Positions 55,264 through 64,000 of a stretch of DNA of 64,000 nt are shown piece after piece; within the stretch, counting starts at the first letter, position 1; the number at the start of each line of letters is the position of its first letter. Below the pieces are notes generated by a model. It was not told the origin of the DNA, made no database searches, and was given only the letters and a program-made list of their open reading frames with translations. The translations under genes were made by a program, and so were the position numbers. Origin of the DNA: an uncultured virus (IMG/VR IMGVR_UViG_3300042343_001542) (Duplodnaviria; Heunggongvirae; Uroviricota; Caudoviricetes); IMG/VR virus record IMGVR_UViG_3300042343_001542; one strand, 5' to 3'.

Positions 55264-55689
55264 CTAATTAACTTTTCTAGAACCTATAGAATATTTATGT
55301 TCTAACTTCCAATCAAATTTCTCTTTATGCGACAAAACTTTTATTTGGCTCATATCTAAAACTTTATCGCCTATAATGCTGTTACCAATAACTTTTACTA
55401 AATCCCAATCTTGGAGTAATAAAGTTATAGTATTCCTTCTAGCTATATCCGTTTCAGAAATGTCTGAAGTTCTTCCATCCAACATAAAAAGTTCTTTAAA
55501 ATGGAGAATATGATAAAACCCCTGTTTATGTAAAATGTGACAACTTTGCCACAAAGTTTTTTCTTTTCTTGATGCAATACCTATTCTAGTTAGAGTTTCT
55601 CGAACTTTTAGAAAAGATTCTTCATCAGATAACTTTACAGGAACTCCATACCCTTTAAATAATTCCATAGACATAAAATAATTCTCCAA
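55264..55689 (-). CDS. regA: Translational repressor RegA
   Basis: FLKVRETLTRIGIA...L.QSCHILHKQG.Y.I.HFKELF.LDG. Confidence 0.96.
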   Translation of the reverse strand: MENYFMSMELFKGYGVPVKLSDEESFLKVRETLTRIGIASRKEKTLWQSCHILHKQGFYHILHFKELFMLDGRTSDISETDIARRNTITLLLQDWDLVKVIGNSIIGDKVLDMSQIKVLSHKEKFDWKLEHKYSIGSRKVN

Positions 55690-55706
55690 AATTGATATAT
55701 GTAGAA

Positions 55707-56111
55707 TTATTTATTATTTTTGAACCTTCCGCCTTTATCCAACTTTTCTGTAATATACTCCAAATCAGATTTAGATAATAGCGGAAAAACTTGTTCTGCT
55801 TGTTTGGTAGAATAAGAATAATACTCTTTAATTAATTGTATATCTTTGGACTCGTTATACTTCATCCATTTCTGATATTTCCTCTTATATTTTCTTATAG
55901 AATGAAATAGATAATCGTATTGCAACTTTTTATCTAAAAAATGTCTCCTATTCATTTCGTTAGCATAAAGAATTGTGTCTATATGCGCCGAAAGGGATTT
56001 ATTCACCATAAATCCCGAATAAACCTTTTCGTCTTCTTCATTTGTCAATTGGTATTCTTTACTTTCAAGAATTGAAGGAATTATTTCTTTGAATAGATCT
56101 TTATTTTGCAT
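55707..56111 (-). CDS. Clamp loader small subunit (gp62-like)
   Basis: F.VN..LS...D....ANEMN, QYD....SI; synteny with gp44 and regA. Confidence 0.9.
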   Translation of the reverse strand: MQNKDLFKEIIPSILESKEYQLTNEEDEKVYSGFMVNKSLSAHIDTILYANEMNRRHFLDKKLQYDYLFHSIRKYKRKYQKWMKYNESKDIQLIKEYYSYSTKQAEQVFPLLSKSDLEYITEKLDKGGRFKNNK

Positions 56112-56258
56112 TTTATTTTCTCATTATATATAAATAAATAAATAAATGTAGGTCGCGATATAACCAGTATCCACCTACTCTAAATCTTAAACTTTAACAT
56201 AGGAGACTCAGCATGAGTATTTATATTCCATCTTCTAAGTTCATAAGAAATAAAAATC

Positions 56259-57200
56259 TCAGATGAACTCGCATTCCATCATAACTTCTACCATAAACGC
56301 AAGAAGGTTAATTTCTTGATCGCTACAAAAACCGGATTGATATTGATATTTCGCAATAACCAAAACCATTTGGGGGATGGATTGAGGCTTTAGAAAATCA
56401 TACATACCATCATATATTTTTCTATAGATTGAAACTGGATCGTTATGTACGTTATTGACTACCCATTCTCTAACTTTACCGAAATCCTTTTCTTTAAGAC
56501 TTTTAATTAGGTCTTTTAGTTGAATTTCTCCGACTTGAGATAATATCCCCGCGTCGATTTGTCCATTTACGGAATATCTTTGTAGTTCGTTTAATACCCT
56601 TCTGTTATCAGGATACCATTTTGTGATAAAAGAAGCAACAGATTCTTTATCGTATGCAACATTTTCGTTATCTAAAATTTCACAAACACGTTTAAAGAAT
56701 TGTGTAATTAACTTTTTCTTTTCTGTTTTATTGATTACAAAATTAACAACAGCACATCTTGAGTGGATGGGTTGGATAATCTTATTTGCGTAATTACAAG
56801 TTAAAATAAAAGTACAATTCTTAGAAAAAGTCTCTAAAAAATTTCTAAATGCAGATTGAAAGTTATTTGTTGCAGCATCAAACTCGTCTAAGATTACTAC
56901 CTTACGCCCACCAGAAAGAGAAACTGAAGAAGCGTAATTGGATATCTTATTTCTAAGAGTGTCAATACCATTTTCATCAGAAGCGTTAATGAACAAATAA
57001 TCACAACCAACTTCATTGCACAACGCTTTTGCTACTGTAGTTTTACCCGTCCCAGCACCCCCAACCAACAATAGGTTGGGGATTTCTTTACGATCCACAT
57101 AAGTTTGGAAAGTTTTCTTAATACCATCAGGAAGAATACAATCGTCAATGTTAGTTGGGCGATACTTTTCTACAAACAAAAACTGTTCGTTACTCATCAT
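56259..57200 (-). CDS. Clamp loader large subunit (gp44-like)
   Basis: EKYRP, G.GKTT, INASDE, DEFD, SRC. Confidence 0.96.
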   Translation of the reverse strand: MMSNEQFLFVEKYRPTNIDDCILPDGIKKTFQTYVDRKEIPNLLLVGGAGTGKTTVAKALCNEVGCDYLFINASDENGIDTLRNKISNYASSVSLSGGRKVVILDEFDAATNNFQSAFRNFLETFSKNCTFILTCNYANKIIQPIHSRCAVVNFVINKTEKKKLITQFFKRVCEILDNENVAYDKESVASFITKWYPDNRRVLNELQRYSVNGQIDAGILSQVGEIQLKDLIKSLKEKDFGKVREWVVNNVHNDPVSIYRKIYDGMYDFLKPQSIPQMVLVIAKYQYQSGFCSDQEINLLAFMVEVMMECEFI

Positions 57201-57223
57201 ATAAATTTCACTCTCAAAAAAGA

Positions 57224-57514
57224 TTAAACCAAATCTTCTACTTTCTTCACAATACCTTCGTATAACGCTTCAAATTCTTCTTGTTCTGCGATAACTTCGC
57301 TGTAATTTCTCTTATGATACGTTGTTGCCATTTTGCGGATCAACTTCTTTGGAATCTTCAATTCTTCATAAAGATGATTAATCAATTCCTTCATAGTATC
57401 TCTTTGTGCTTCTTGCATCGTCATCACGTCGCTCATTTCGCGCAAACCTTTCTTTAAAGTATCTAATTCGGATTCAGTAAATGTCCCAAAAGCAGAAACA
57501 ATAGTTGTACTCAT
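57224..57514 (-). CDS. T4 DsbA-like dsDNA-binding protein
   Basis: EL.IPKK...KM...YHK.N......E.EE...LY..I. Confidence 0.7.
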   Translation of the reverse strand: MSTTIVSAFGTFTESELDTLKKGLREMSDVMTMQEAQRDTMKELINHLYEELKIPKKLIRKMATTYHKRNYSEVIAEQEEFEALYEGIVKKVEDLV

Positions 57515-57531
57515 AATATAATACCCTCGAA

Positions 57532-58212
57532 TTAATTGTAAGAAGAAGAAGTTTCCAAAGTTACAAAATATACCAAACCCTTATTAGGATCGTTAAATTT
57601 CGCAATACCCTTTGATGAAATTTCTACGTTGTAGTTTCCAGGCATCATTTTAAGGTTTTCAGTCTTAAAAATCAGCTTAAAACTTTTGCCGCCAGAATCA
57701 ACGCCATTAAGTTCTAAGTTTTGTGTTGATGCAGAATCGTCGTTTGCATCAAAAGTAAGCAAACTCACTACAGTTCCATCGCTAACCACAGCGACATGAG
57801 GGGAACCAAGGACGTTAGCAGAACGAAGAATCCAATTAAAATCCTCTTCCGAAAACGAAAACTCAACGTCCACCGAAGGCAAGTTGGGTCTTTTGTCTGG
57901 AGCTACAACAATCATAGAAGGATCAGTAAAGCGATACTTGACCTTAGAACGACCACCAACACCCTTTACAACAACATGTTTATCATCAAATTCTAATTCC
58001 GCTCCATCTTTGAAAAGAGAAATAACCGAAAGAAAGTTATTCAAATCGTAAATTCCAAAATCTTGAGGAATGGTTTCTGATATTTGAGCATCAGCTAGAA
58101 TATTTTTCTGCGGGGATACCGTAGAAAGTATACTTCCTTGTTTAAAGAAAATACCAGTATTGATAGACGAAAAGTTCTTCAATACAGTTAAAGTTTCATT
58201 AGATAATTTCAT
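57532..58212 (-). CDS. Sliding clamp (gp45-like)
   Basis: MKLS..T...LKNFS.IN, IYDL..FL, NLK...G.Y.V. Confidence 0.95.
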   Translation of the reverse strand: MKLSNETLTVLKNFSSINTGIFFKQGSILSTVSPQKNILADAQISETIPQDFGIYDLNNFLSVISLFKDGAELEFDDKHVVVKGVGGRSKVKYRFTDPSMIVVAPDKRPNLPSVDVEFSFSEEDFNWILRSANVLGSPHVAVVSDGTVVSLLTFDANDDSASTQNLELNGVDSGGKSFKLIFKTENLKMMPGNYNVEISSKGIAKFNDPNKGLVYFVTLETSSSYN

Positions 58213-58239
58213 TTTTTACCTCTATACATAATTTAAATT

Positions 58240-58509
58240 TCAACGACCAACGCTTTTGTAAGCACTTGTAGATACTACTGACGAAATTTCTGTTTCTTCC
58301 TCCCACATTTCTATTCTTCTGTTTAAAGAAACAATTGCTTCTTTAACATCTTTTTGGAGATCTTTATGACCTCGATTTCCAGCAACCAACAATTTCTTTA
58401 CAGCATGCTGAATTGCTGGATCGACGACTTCAAAAAGTTCCAAAACCCTATAAACGTCAATATATTCGTATGGAACTTTTTTATAATAATGATTGTATTC
58501 TTTATCCAT
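58240..58509 (-). CDS. Conserved phage hypothetical protein
   Basis: IDVY.VL..F.V..PA.QHA.KKLL..G.RG.KD. Confidence 0.7.
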   Translation of the reverse strand: MDKEYNHYYKKVPYEYIDVYRVLELFEVVDPAIQHAVKKLLVAGNRGHKDLQKDVKEAIVSLNRRIEMWEEETEISSVVSTSAYKSVGR

Positions 58510-58536
58510 TATACCACTAATATCAAATAAAGTAAA

Positions 58537-59334
58537 TTACAATTCGCCCAAATTTTGAGCAATGGCTGGGAGATTGCCAGTGAAGATGTAACTTCCAACA
58601 TGAGACAAACTCATCCAAGGACATAACCAAACTTCAATACCAATTTTCCGACATTGCTGACAGAAATAATAATCTTCGGACAAATATCTCTTAGTATCTT
58701 CGTCGATATGACAATCGAAAAATGCAGTAATTTCTCTAGAACCATCAAAATTTGCTTGACCCACATGATCCGGACGATACTTTTGCTGCGGATAAGCGTC
58801 TTCAAATTTCTTTAAAGCTTCTCTAGAAATCATCATAAAGCCTGTTCCAGTTTCTAAAACCGATAAAGGTTCTGTAATAGAAAATTTATTAGTACCTTTT
58901 GCTGGATTAAATACCATTGAACCCGTCAACTTAGAATATTCTTCTACAGGAAGGTTTGGATTCTTTTTAATCGCTTTGTGTAGTTGACCCCATTCAATAC
59001 TCTTTTTTGGATACGGACCACCAATAATTTCCTTATCTAAAGCAAGCATTGCTACAATATCTTGAGGGTTAAACGCAACATCAGCATCGATGAACATGAG
59101 GTGCGTACAATCAGAACGATTATAAAATTCGTCTGTTAGATAATTTCTTGCCCTTTGAATAAGGGATTCATTAAATAGAAAACTGAATTTGACTTCTACC
59201 CCATAATTACCCATTAACGCTTGCAAATCGAGCATAGATTTTGCTGTCATACCACAACACATACCGCCATACATTGGCATAGCAACGAACAATTTCTTTT
59301 TTGATAATTCTTCTCTAGAAATTTTAATTTCCAT
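58537..59334 (-). CDS. Glycosyltransferase-like protein
   Basis: NESLI.RARN, H.MFIDAD, YPKK, TGFM, LSEDY.FC, L.H.G. Confidence 0.7.
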   Translation of the reverse strand: MEIKISREELSKKKLFVAMPMYGGMCCGMTAKSMLDLQALMGNYGVEVKFSFLFNESLIQRARNYLTDEFYNRSDCTHLMFIDADVAFNPQDIVAMLALDKEIIGGPYPKKSIEWGQLHKAIKKNPNLPVEEYSKLTGSMVFNPAKGTNKFSITEPLSVLETGTGFMMISREALKKFEDAYPQQKYRPDHVGQANFDGSREITAFFDCHIDEDTKRYLSEDYYFCQQCRKIGIEVWLCPWMSLSHVGSYIFTGNLPAIAQNLGEL

Positions 59335-59351
59335 AATTTACCTCATTATTA

Positions 59352-60680
59352 TTAAATTTTTTCACCAACCAAAAACCCACGCAACCTTACAAACCTAGGA
59401 AACCTTAAAGAATAAGTTCCTTCTTGATTTTGAGTTATTGCATCACATTTAATTTCTGCAATTTTGCCGATGATTTGAGTTTTATTGCTCCAATATTGGA
59501 TTCTTTCTTCGTCTGTCAACCCAGACCCAACATTCACAAATATCTCTTTATTTCCGTCAAACCCTCTACAGATTAATGCTCCCAACATTCCTTCATATTT
59601 ATCTTTCCCTTCTTCCAACCCTATAACTTCTAAGTCTACTGTCATTACAGGTTTAAGTTTTAACCAAGCGGTAGACCTCTTACATTCATACGGAGCTTGG
59701 GGGTCTTTGATCATTATACCCTCATAACCTTCTTCAATCGCCTTCCTATTGATTTCTTCAAAATGGGTCTTTCCAATTTCTGTATCTAAGTCTACAATTT
59801 CATATTGTAATACCTTTACGTTAGAAAGTAAAGTTCTGTTAGTATCATACCATTTATGTAAATTTTCCGTTCTGTATATTTGTTTCTCCAAACGAACGCC
59901 AAATATAAAATCAGATAACGGGATCATATCGAAAATATAAAGATTGGCGTCAGAAGTATTTACGTTTTCTTTTCTATAGAATTGCGTCATCAAATCTTGA
60001 AAAGAAGAAGACATAATTTCTCCATCAAAAACCATAGGTTCACTAACAGTTTTTGCAACCAAAGAAAATTGATCTTTTATCAAATTAAAATTTAATATTT
60101 CTTTTCCGTTCCTTGAAAATTGTTGTACCCTTCCGTCAGGATAGACTAGAGTTAATACTCTAGAACCGTCCAATTTACATTCTATGATTTTTTTACCGAA
60201 AAGTTTTGAATCGTGCTGTTTTGAATCAAACGCTAGTTGACAAGAAAATACAGGAACTTTATACTTTTCGACCTTAACCTTTTTCGCACAATTATTGATA
60301 GTGGTTTCCGAAACGCCACATTTCAAATCTTTCAACAAGATCCTACGATACCAATTATTCCAAGTATGATGAGAAGTTTTATTACAAATCTCTAATAAAA
60401 GATCTTTTGCAGCATTTCCAGTAATTTCTCTTTTAATTAGTTTTTCTATATAAAGTTCAAATTCTGAAAACTTTATATGATCTACATCTACCTCTGATTC
60501 ATCTTTATATGGAATAGTTTTTTCATTTACTCCAAATGTGATTAACCTATCGCAAGCGTATTTAACGCCGTTAAAAAATTCAACGTTATCAGCAGCCATT
60601 TCTCTAATAATAACAGACTCTTTAAATAATCTGCTATTGTCAGATTCCAATTCAATAATAATATCTGCAGGGGTTTTCAA
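59352..60680 (-). CDS. ATP-dependent DNA ligase
   Basis: KLDG.R, FDGE, EGIMIK, WLKLK, SLRFPRF. Confidence 0.95.
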   Translation of the reverse strand: MKTPADIIIELESDNSRLFKESVIIREMAADNVEFFNGVKYACDRLITFGVNEKTIPYKDESEVDVDHIKFSEFELYIEKLIKREITGNAAKDLLLEICNKTSHHTWNNWYRRILLKDLKCGVSETTINNCAKKVKVEKYKVPVFSCQLAFDSKQHDSKLFGKKIIECKLDGSRVLTLVYPDGRVQQFSRNGKEILNFNLIKDQFSLVAKTVSEPMVFDGEIMSSSFQDLMTQFYRKENVNTSDANLYIFDMIPLSDFIFGVRLEKQIYRTENLHKWYDTNRTLLSNVKVLQYEIVDLDTEIGKTHFEEINRKAIEEGYEGIMIKDPQAPYECKRSTAWLKLKPVMTVDLEVIGLEEGKDKYEGMLGALICRGFDGNKEIFVNVGSGLTDEERIQYWSNKTQIIGKIAEIKCDAITQNQEGTYSLRFPRFVRLRGFLVGEKI

Positions 60681-61262
60681 TTAAAATCTCCTAGACCCAA
60701 CTAACTCTTTCGCAAAACTTTTGATTTTCTTTTCTCTACCCCTTTTCGCCATCTTTAGCGCAAGAGGTTTTGCGACCATATCAAAAGTTACACCGTTTAA
60801 ATGATCCAATTCATGCAAGACTACCCTTGCAGAAATGCCGTCCAATTTCAAATTTACATAATCTCCAACCTCATTTTGGAATTTAACAACCAAACTCTTA
60901 GGTCTGGTTATACTCAAAAACAAAAAGGGAAATGACAAACAACCCTCTTCCAAATGAACCTTTTCTTCAGAAACTTCAACCAGTTCTGGGTTATACATTG
61001 CGAAATAATTATCACCAGCCCCCATAACTAATACCCTATGGGGTAAACCGCATTGAGGTGCTGCTAGACCGAATGCCCTATTAACCTTTAAAGTTTCAAT
61101 AAGACGACCAGTCAATTCTTTCGTATCAATCCCAGAAGAAAAATCAAACTTCGGAGTTTTTTGTTTTAAAACGGGGTTGTCTTCAACAACCAACTCAAAC
61201 CTCTCGTAAACGATCTTTTCTGCTGTTGGCAACGAAGTGTTTATTGTAATCATTTCGCTCAT
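60681..61262 (-). CDS. def: Peptide deformylase
   Basis: GLAAPQ.G, EGCLS, HELDHL.G. Confidence 0.95.
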   Translation of the reverse strand: MSEMITINTSLPTAEKIVYERFELVVEDNPVLKQKTPKFDFSSGIDTKELTGRLIETLKVNRAFGLAAPQCGLPHRVLVMGAGDNYFAMYNPELVEVSEEKVHLEEGCLSFPFLFLSITRPKSLVVKFQNEVGDYVNLKLDGISARVVLHELDHLNGVTFDMVAKPLALKMAKRGREKKIKSFAKELVGSRRF

Positions 61263-61270
61263 AGAGTATT

Positions 61271-62995
61271 TTACCTCATTTCTTGCATTCTAGTAAAGTT
61301 TTTCTTTTTTTCAAATTTTAACGTTCTATCGAACTTGTCTCCTAATTGATCTCCCCTATGAGAAATAACAACTATATTTGTATTATTATCCAAAGAATCT
61401 ATTAGATCAAAAAATTGATCTGCCCCTTCCAAATCCAAAGAACCATCTAATATTTCATCCATGATTAAAAGATTGGTATTAACAGAATTTTTCATTTTGG
61501 CTATTTGGCGAAAAGAAAATAATATTGAAAGATCTATTCTTAGTTTTTCTCCTTCAGAAAAGTTCTCATATTTAAATTCGTCCCTATATCTACTTTTGAT
61601 AACCTCTTCAAAATTTTCATTAATGTTAAAATTAACAAAAAAGTTGAGTTTTGATAGATAAGTGTTTATCAGTTTATTCATTATAGGAAGGTATTGTTTA
61701 ATGATCCTAGTCTTAATACCTCCATCTTTAAGCAAAACCGAAGAAAAATCGTAGTATCTTTTAGTTTCTGTTAATTCTTCTTTAACAACCTCATATTTAG
61801 ATAGTTCTCCAAACAAAGAATTTAACCTTTCATTATTTTCTTCGAAATTATCAAAAGTTTCTGAAATTTGATTTATTTGTACTAATTCTTTTTTGATGTA
61901 ATTTTGAATGGCTATAATAGAAGCATTTATCCTAACAATTTCAGATTGATGCTCTTGTATATGGTTATTAATATTTTTAATTTCCAATAACCTTTGTTCT
62001 AACGAAACGACATCAGAAGAAAGTTTCTCCAAACCAGTATTAAATTCTTCAAGCTTAATTCTATTACCAGTTAGTTGTTTTTCTTTATGTTCTTGATCTA
62101 TTGATTGTTTACAAGTCGGGCAACTATCGTTAATTTCATAAAATTCAGAATCTTTCTTCAACTTCTTTAAATTTGTTTCTATTTTAGATTCTATAGAAAT
62201 CAATTTATTTCTTTTAGTTTCCACGGAAGTTTTGTCTTTGATTTTATTCTCAAGAACTGATATATGTTTCTGAATAAGTTCTATATCTTTTTGAGATTTT
62301 TCTATTTGTATGTTCGATTTATCTATCTCTTCTAATTTTTGTTTTATTTGCTCTTTTGTTTTATCTTTATGTTCTTGTATATTCTGTTTCTGTAAATCTA
62401 TTTTTTCTTTTGTTAGGTCAATATTATAGTTTTGTGTCGCTAGGTCTTCTTTCAACTTTGAAGCTTTGTCCTTTAGGAGAACGTTCATAGTAGAGAAAAT
62501 CTGAATATCCAACAATTCTTCAATAATCGCCCTACGATCAGAAGCAGACATACTCATAAACGGAGTATATCTAGCGGAACCCAATATTACAACATTAATA
62601 AAGGATTTGTAATTAGTTTTCAAAATATACTTTTCAAGGTATTCTTGATAGTCTTTTGTTTTGGCATCTTGGTTTATCAGAACACCATTTTGGTATATTT
62701 CAAAAATTCCAGGTTTTATACCACGGACAACTTTATAATTCCTACTTCCTATAGAAAATTCTAATTCTACCAACAGACCGGATTTATTAATACTGTTTAC
62801 AATATTGGGTTTATTAGTCTTACGAAAAGGTTTTCCGTAGAGAGCAAATACAATAGAATCGAGCATACAAGAACTCTTGGACGCTCCATTCTTACCAATA
62901 ACTAAAGTCTTTTTGTGTGTGTCCAAGTTTATCTCTACTGGGCTATTACCAACAGAGAAAAAGTTGCGCATTGTTACTTTTTTAAAAATTATCAT
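61271..62995 (-). CDS. Recombination endonuclease subunit (gp46/Rad50-like)
   Basis: GKNGASKS, CPTC hook, FSEGE, DEILD. Confidence 0.95.
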   Translation of the reverse strand: MIIFKKVTMRNFFSVGNSPVEINLDTHKKTLVIGKNGASKSSCMLDSIVFALYGKPFRKTNKPNIVNSINKSGLLVELEFSIGSRNYKVVRGIKPGIFEIYQNGVLINQDAKTKDYQEYLEKYILKTNYKSFINVVILGSARYTPFMSMSASDRRAIIEELLDIQIFSTMNVLLKDKASKLKEDLATQNYNIDLTKEKIDLQKQNIQEHKDKTKEQIKQKLEEIDKSNIQIEKSQKDIELIQKHISVLENKIKDKTSVETKRNKLISIESKIETNLKKLKKDSEFYEINDSCPTCKQSIDQEHKEKQLTGNRIKLEEFNTGLEKLSSDVVSLEQRLLEIKNINNHIQEHQSEIVRINASIIAIQNYIKKELVQINQISETFDNFEENNERLNSLFGELSKYEVVKEELTETKRYYDFSSVLLKDGGIKTRIIKQYLPIMNKLINTYLSKLNFFVNFNINENFEEVIKSRYRDEFKYENFSEGEKLRIDLSILFSFRQIAKMKNSVNTNLLIMDEILDGSLDLEGADQFFDLIDSLDNNTNIVVISHRGDQLGDKFDRTLKFEKKKNFTRMQEMR

Positions 62996-64000
62996 ATTGT
63001 ATCTAGGGATAACGCTTCATTATATAGAGAACTTAGAATACCTTTAAGTTTGTTGGATTCTAAATCTTTTGTTTTAATATTGTCAACAAACTTCGCCAAT
63101 ATCGTCATAGTGTCTTCGGTTTCATCAATATCGTTTAATTCTTCATTCAATACCTCTGAAATTTCTTCTATTATAACTAAATCTATGGGGTTGATTTTAT
63201 ATAAGCTATCTACATATAAATCAAACAAGTATGGGTTTTCTTTATTTTTTACTACAACCTTAATATAAGAATTAGTATATCTTTCTAATTCAAAATTCTC
63301 TATATTAGATTTAATTTCTTCTTCTTTCAATAAATCGTCATAATACAATTTATTAAACATTTTATAAGGATTTTGGATGAATTCTAATTCTCTAGAATTT
63401 AAATCAAAAATATGGAACCCTTTGGGGTCAGAATCATCGTGCCAAGTTAATTCATATGGAGTGCCGACATAATATATATTTCCTCTATTAGACCTATGAT
63501 GGTAATGCCCAGTCATTACAAATTCAAATTTATCAAACAGTTCCGGAGACATACCATCATCGCAAAGAATACCTTTATGCATAGCAAAATCTCTGAGTTC
63601 TAAATGTCCAAAACAAATATCAGACTTACTATCTCTAATTACATTAAAACATTCGTCGTAATTATCTTTACATATCCAAGGAATAATAGTTATTGGAACG
63701 TCGTTTAGTTCTATTTGTTTAGGTTTGTCTACAATAGTAACGTTTCCGTATTCTTTAATGAGAAGGTTTTGAGAATTTACCTCTATATTATCGCGATAAA
63801 ATGAATCGTGATTACCAACTAAGGTTATTAACCTAATGTCTAATTCTTCAAATTTATCAAAGAAATATTTTTTACATTCTGACAACCCCTGCAAATGTGC
63901 GTTTTTTCTATTGTCGAAAAGGTCTCCGCTTTGTATTACCGTTTTAATATTATTGTTAATTAAATATGGAAAAAATACGTTTTCGTAAAACCGTTCAAAA
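62992..64000 (-). CDS. Recombination endonuclease subunit (gp47/Mre11-like); 5' end outside the window
   Basis: GDLFD (upstream of the track start), GNHD, GHLE, GHYH. Confidence 0.93.
   Translation of the reverse strand, partial: FERFYENVFFPYLINNNIKTVIQSGDLFDNRKNAHLQGLSECKKYFFDKFEELDIRLITLVGNHDSFYRDNIEVNSQNLLIKEYGNVTIVDKPKQIELNDVPITIIPWICKDNYDECFNVIRDSKSDICFGHLELRDFAMHKGILCDDGMSPELFDKFEFVMTGHYHHRSNRGNIYYVGTPYELTWHDDSDPKGFHIFDLNSRELEFIQNPYKMFNKLYYDDLLKEEEIKSNIENFELERYTNSYIKVVVKNKENPYLFDLYVDSLYKINPIDLVIIEEISEVLNEELNDIDETEDTMTILAKFVDNIKTKDLESNKLKGILSSLYNEALSLDTI

Noticed and set aside
62870..62900. Walker A variant GKNGASKS in gp46 as a sign of inactivation
   Set aside because: The catalytic Lys-Ser, signature and Walker B motifs are intact; a single Gly-to-Ser change is not enough to claim loss of function.

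Overview
AT-rich 64 kb segment of a large T4-like myovirus, most likely infecting a gammaproteobacterial methanotroph (a 'pmoC-phage'). It reads in the standard genetic code. Layout: (1) 1-5.1 kb is a tRNA array with 12 canonical tRNAs, one non-canonical Tyr-like tRNA, several structured non-tRNA elements and two homing endonucleases. (2) 5.3-19 kb holds accessory, lysis and virion genes: a hendecad coiled-coil/collagen operon, SleB-like hydrolase, holin/spanin-like genes, a Gly-rich adhesin and GroES. (3) 19.6-20.6 kb is a methane-oxidation auxiliary locus: an intact pmoC followed directly by a pqqA-like precursor peptide gene. (4) 20.9-64 kb, on the minus strand, is the T4-type nucleotide metabolism and replication core (rnh, nrdAB, thyX, gp61, gp41, uvsX, gp43, regA, gp62/44/45, ligase, gp46/47). 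It is interleaved with a GH19 endolysin, putative head-packaged enzymes and a sugar-modification cluster. Top observations: the pmoC+pqqA pair; an HNH element that has split thyX and sits beside a replacement 5' end; capsid-targeting-like N-termini on a ligase-like/nucleotidyltransferase gene pair; unusual RNAs in the tRNA array; and a ROSE-like thermometer before hsp20. All family calls come from motif recognition by eye; no searches were run.
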